A stretch of 9,616 nt of DNA from Paraspadella gotoi (taxonomy: Eukaryota > Animalia > Chaetognatha). Below are positions 8,549-9,616 of the stretch, in pieces. The stretch lies in the NCBI GenBank assembly GCA_051294375.1, contig CM119270.1, forward strand, positions 14,485,297 through 14,494,912. Direction: 5' to 3'. Under the pieces are notes generated by a model. It was not told the DNA's origin and searched no databases. It worked only from the letters and a program-made list of their open reading frames with translations. Both the position numbers and the translations under genes were made by a program. Numbering within the stretch: the stretch's first letter is position 1; every line of letters starts with the position of its first letter.

Positions 8549-9616
8549 CGAGTTACTTTCAAAGACAAAGCCGCTGTATTCTCCTATGGGTGCTAAAATC
8601 TTGTTTTTTTCCTTTCACTCTTTTCTCCAGTTGCAGCGTCGAAGCCTTTAACAACAAAACCTAATGAGCCAAGTAAATTAGAGGCTCGAATGAAGGAGCT
8701 ACTCTTTCTGCTCCAGTGACTCCTGTTTCCCCCGACGCAACTCTCTCCCTTTTGCTCCTCTCGCTTCGGCATCTCTTTTCTCTTTTTCTTCGATTCTCTT
8801 TGGATCCGGTAGAAGTCTATTTTCAGATCTTTCTCTCTTTCAAATAGTATCTTTTCTAATCTTATATAAAGTCATTCATTCGTTAATTTCTTTCATCATT
8901 CTTTCTTACGTTCATTGTTTATGATTTAATTTTTCTTTGCATTCTTTCATTCAGTGGGTCATTTATTCAATAATTTGTCTTTTTAATTATAATAGATTTT
9001 ATAGTAAGAAGCTTACGTACTATTTTCGGCACAGCCAAAAATTGTTTTTCCGCGTTATTGCCGTAGGCTTAGTCAATAGTCTTTTCTCACGCTGTTTTCT
9101 GCCGTTTTTGTAAACAAATTTTATAATCCTCGGTACGATTTCTTTTCTTTTCTTTTATAATAATACTCTAAGTACATCTCCATTTTACTATTTTTTTTCT
9201 CTCTTCTTATTTCACTTCTTCTCCCCGGTGTTACTTTCCACGGCGAATTAATTTTTTAAGGTCGAGCGGACCGCCGATCTGTCCCTCGCCGCCGGGCTTC
9301 GGTTTGGGTGATGGGGGTGAAGGATGGGCCGTATACTTTGAAAAAGTAGGTCTAAGGGGGGCGGGGGCTGTCAGGTGTTTCGGTTAAGATGCGCAGTTTA
9401 CTTTCATATTTTCGACTAACGATTATTAGCTCAGCTACAATTCGTTTAACTCTCGTCGTTTGTTGTCTGCAAAATAGAAAAGCAATGGAAAAGTATTGCT
9501 AAATAAAAACAGGATATAAAATGCATTGACTAAATCGGAGATAATGAAAAAGGAGGACGTCTCCATTCAACACCCATGAATTCAAAACTTTTACCAATCA
9601 TTCAGCGTTTTCTAGA

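Overview
Non-coding eukaryotic genomic DNA from a gappy draft assembly: five N-gaps totalling 909 N, two of them exactly 25 N. The window is dominated by (CT/AG)n microsatellites, homopolymers, a 30-bp GAC/AAC/GAT minisatellite and a C-poor purine-rich tract. I recognise no protein-coding gene, RNA gene, CRISPR array or classifiable transposon, and the supplied ORFs are mostly translations of simple repeats or N-runs. The clearest structure is a ~400-bp tandem duplication straddling the first 25-N gap, with copies differing mainly by small indels; it is most likely a long-read gap-filling artefact. The repeat profile and abundant CpG suggest an invertebrate, possibly an arthropod (weak inference). 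I found no convincing novel biological system. The leads are modest: an Asp/Asn-rich reading frame in the minisatellite, two candidate micro-exons, an ETS/YY1-like motif pair and some fold-back structures.
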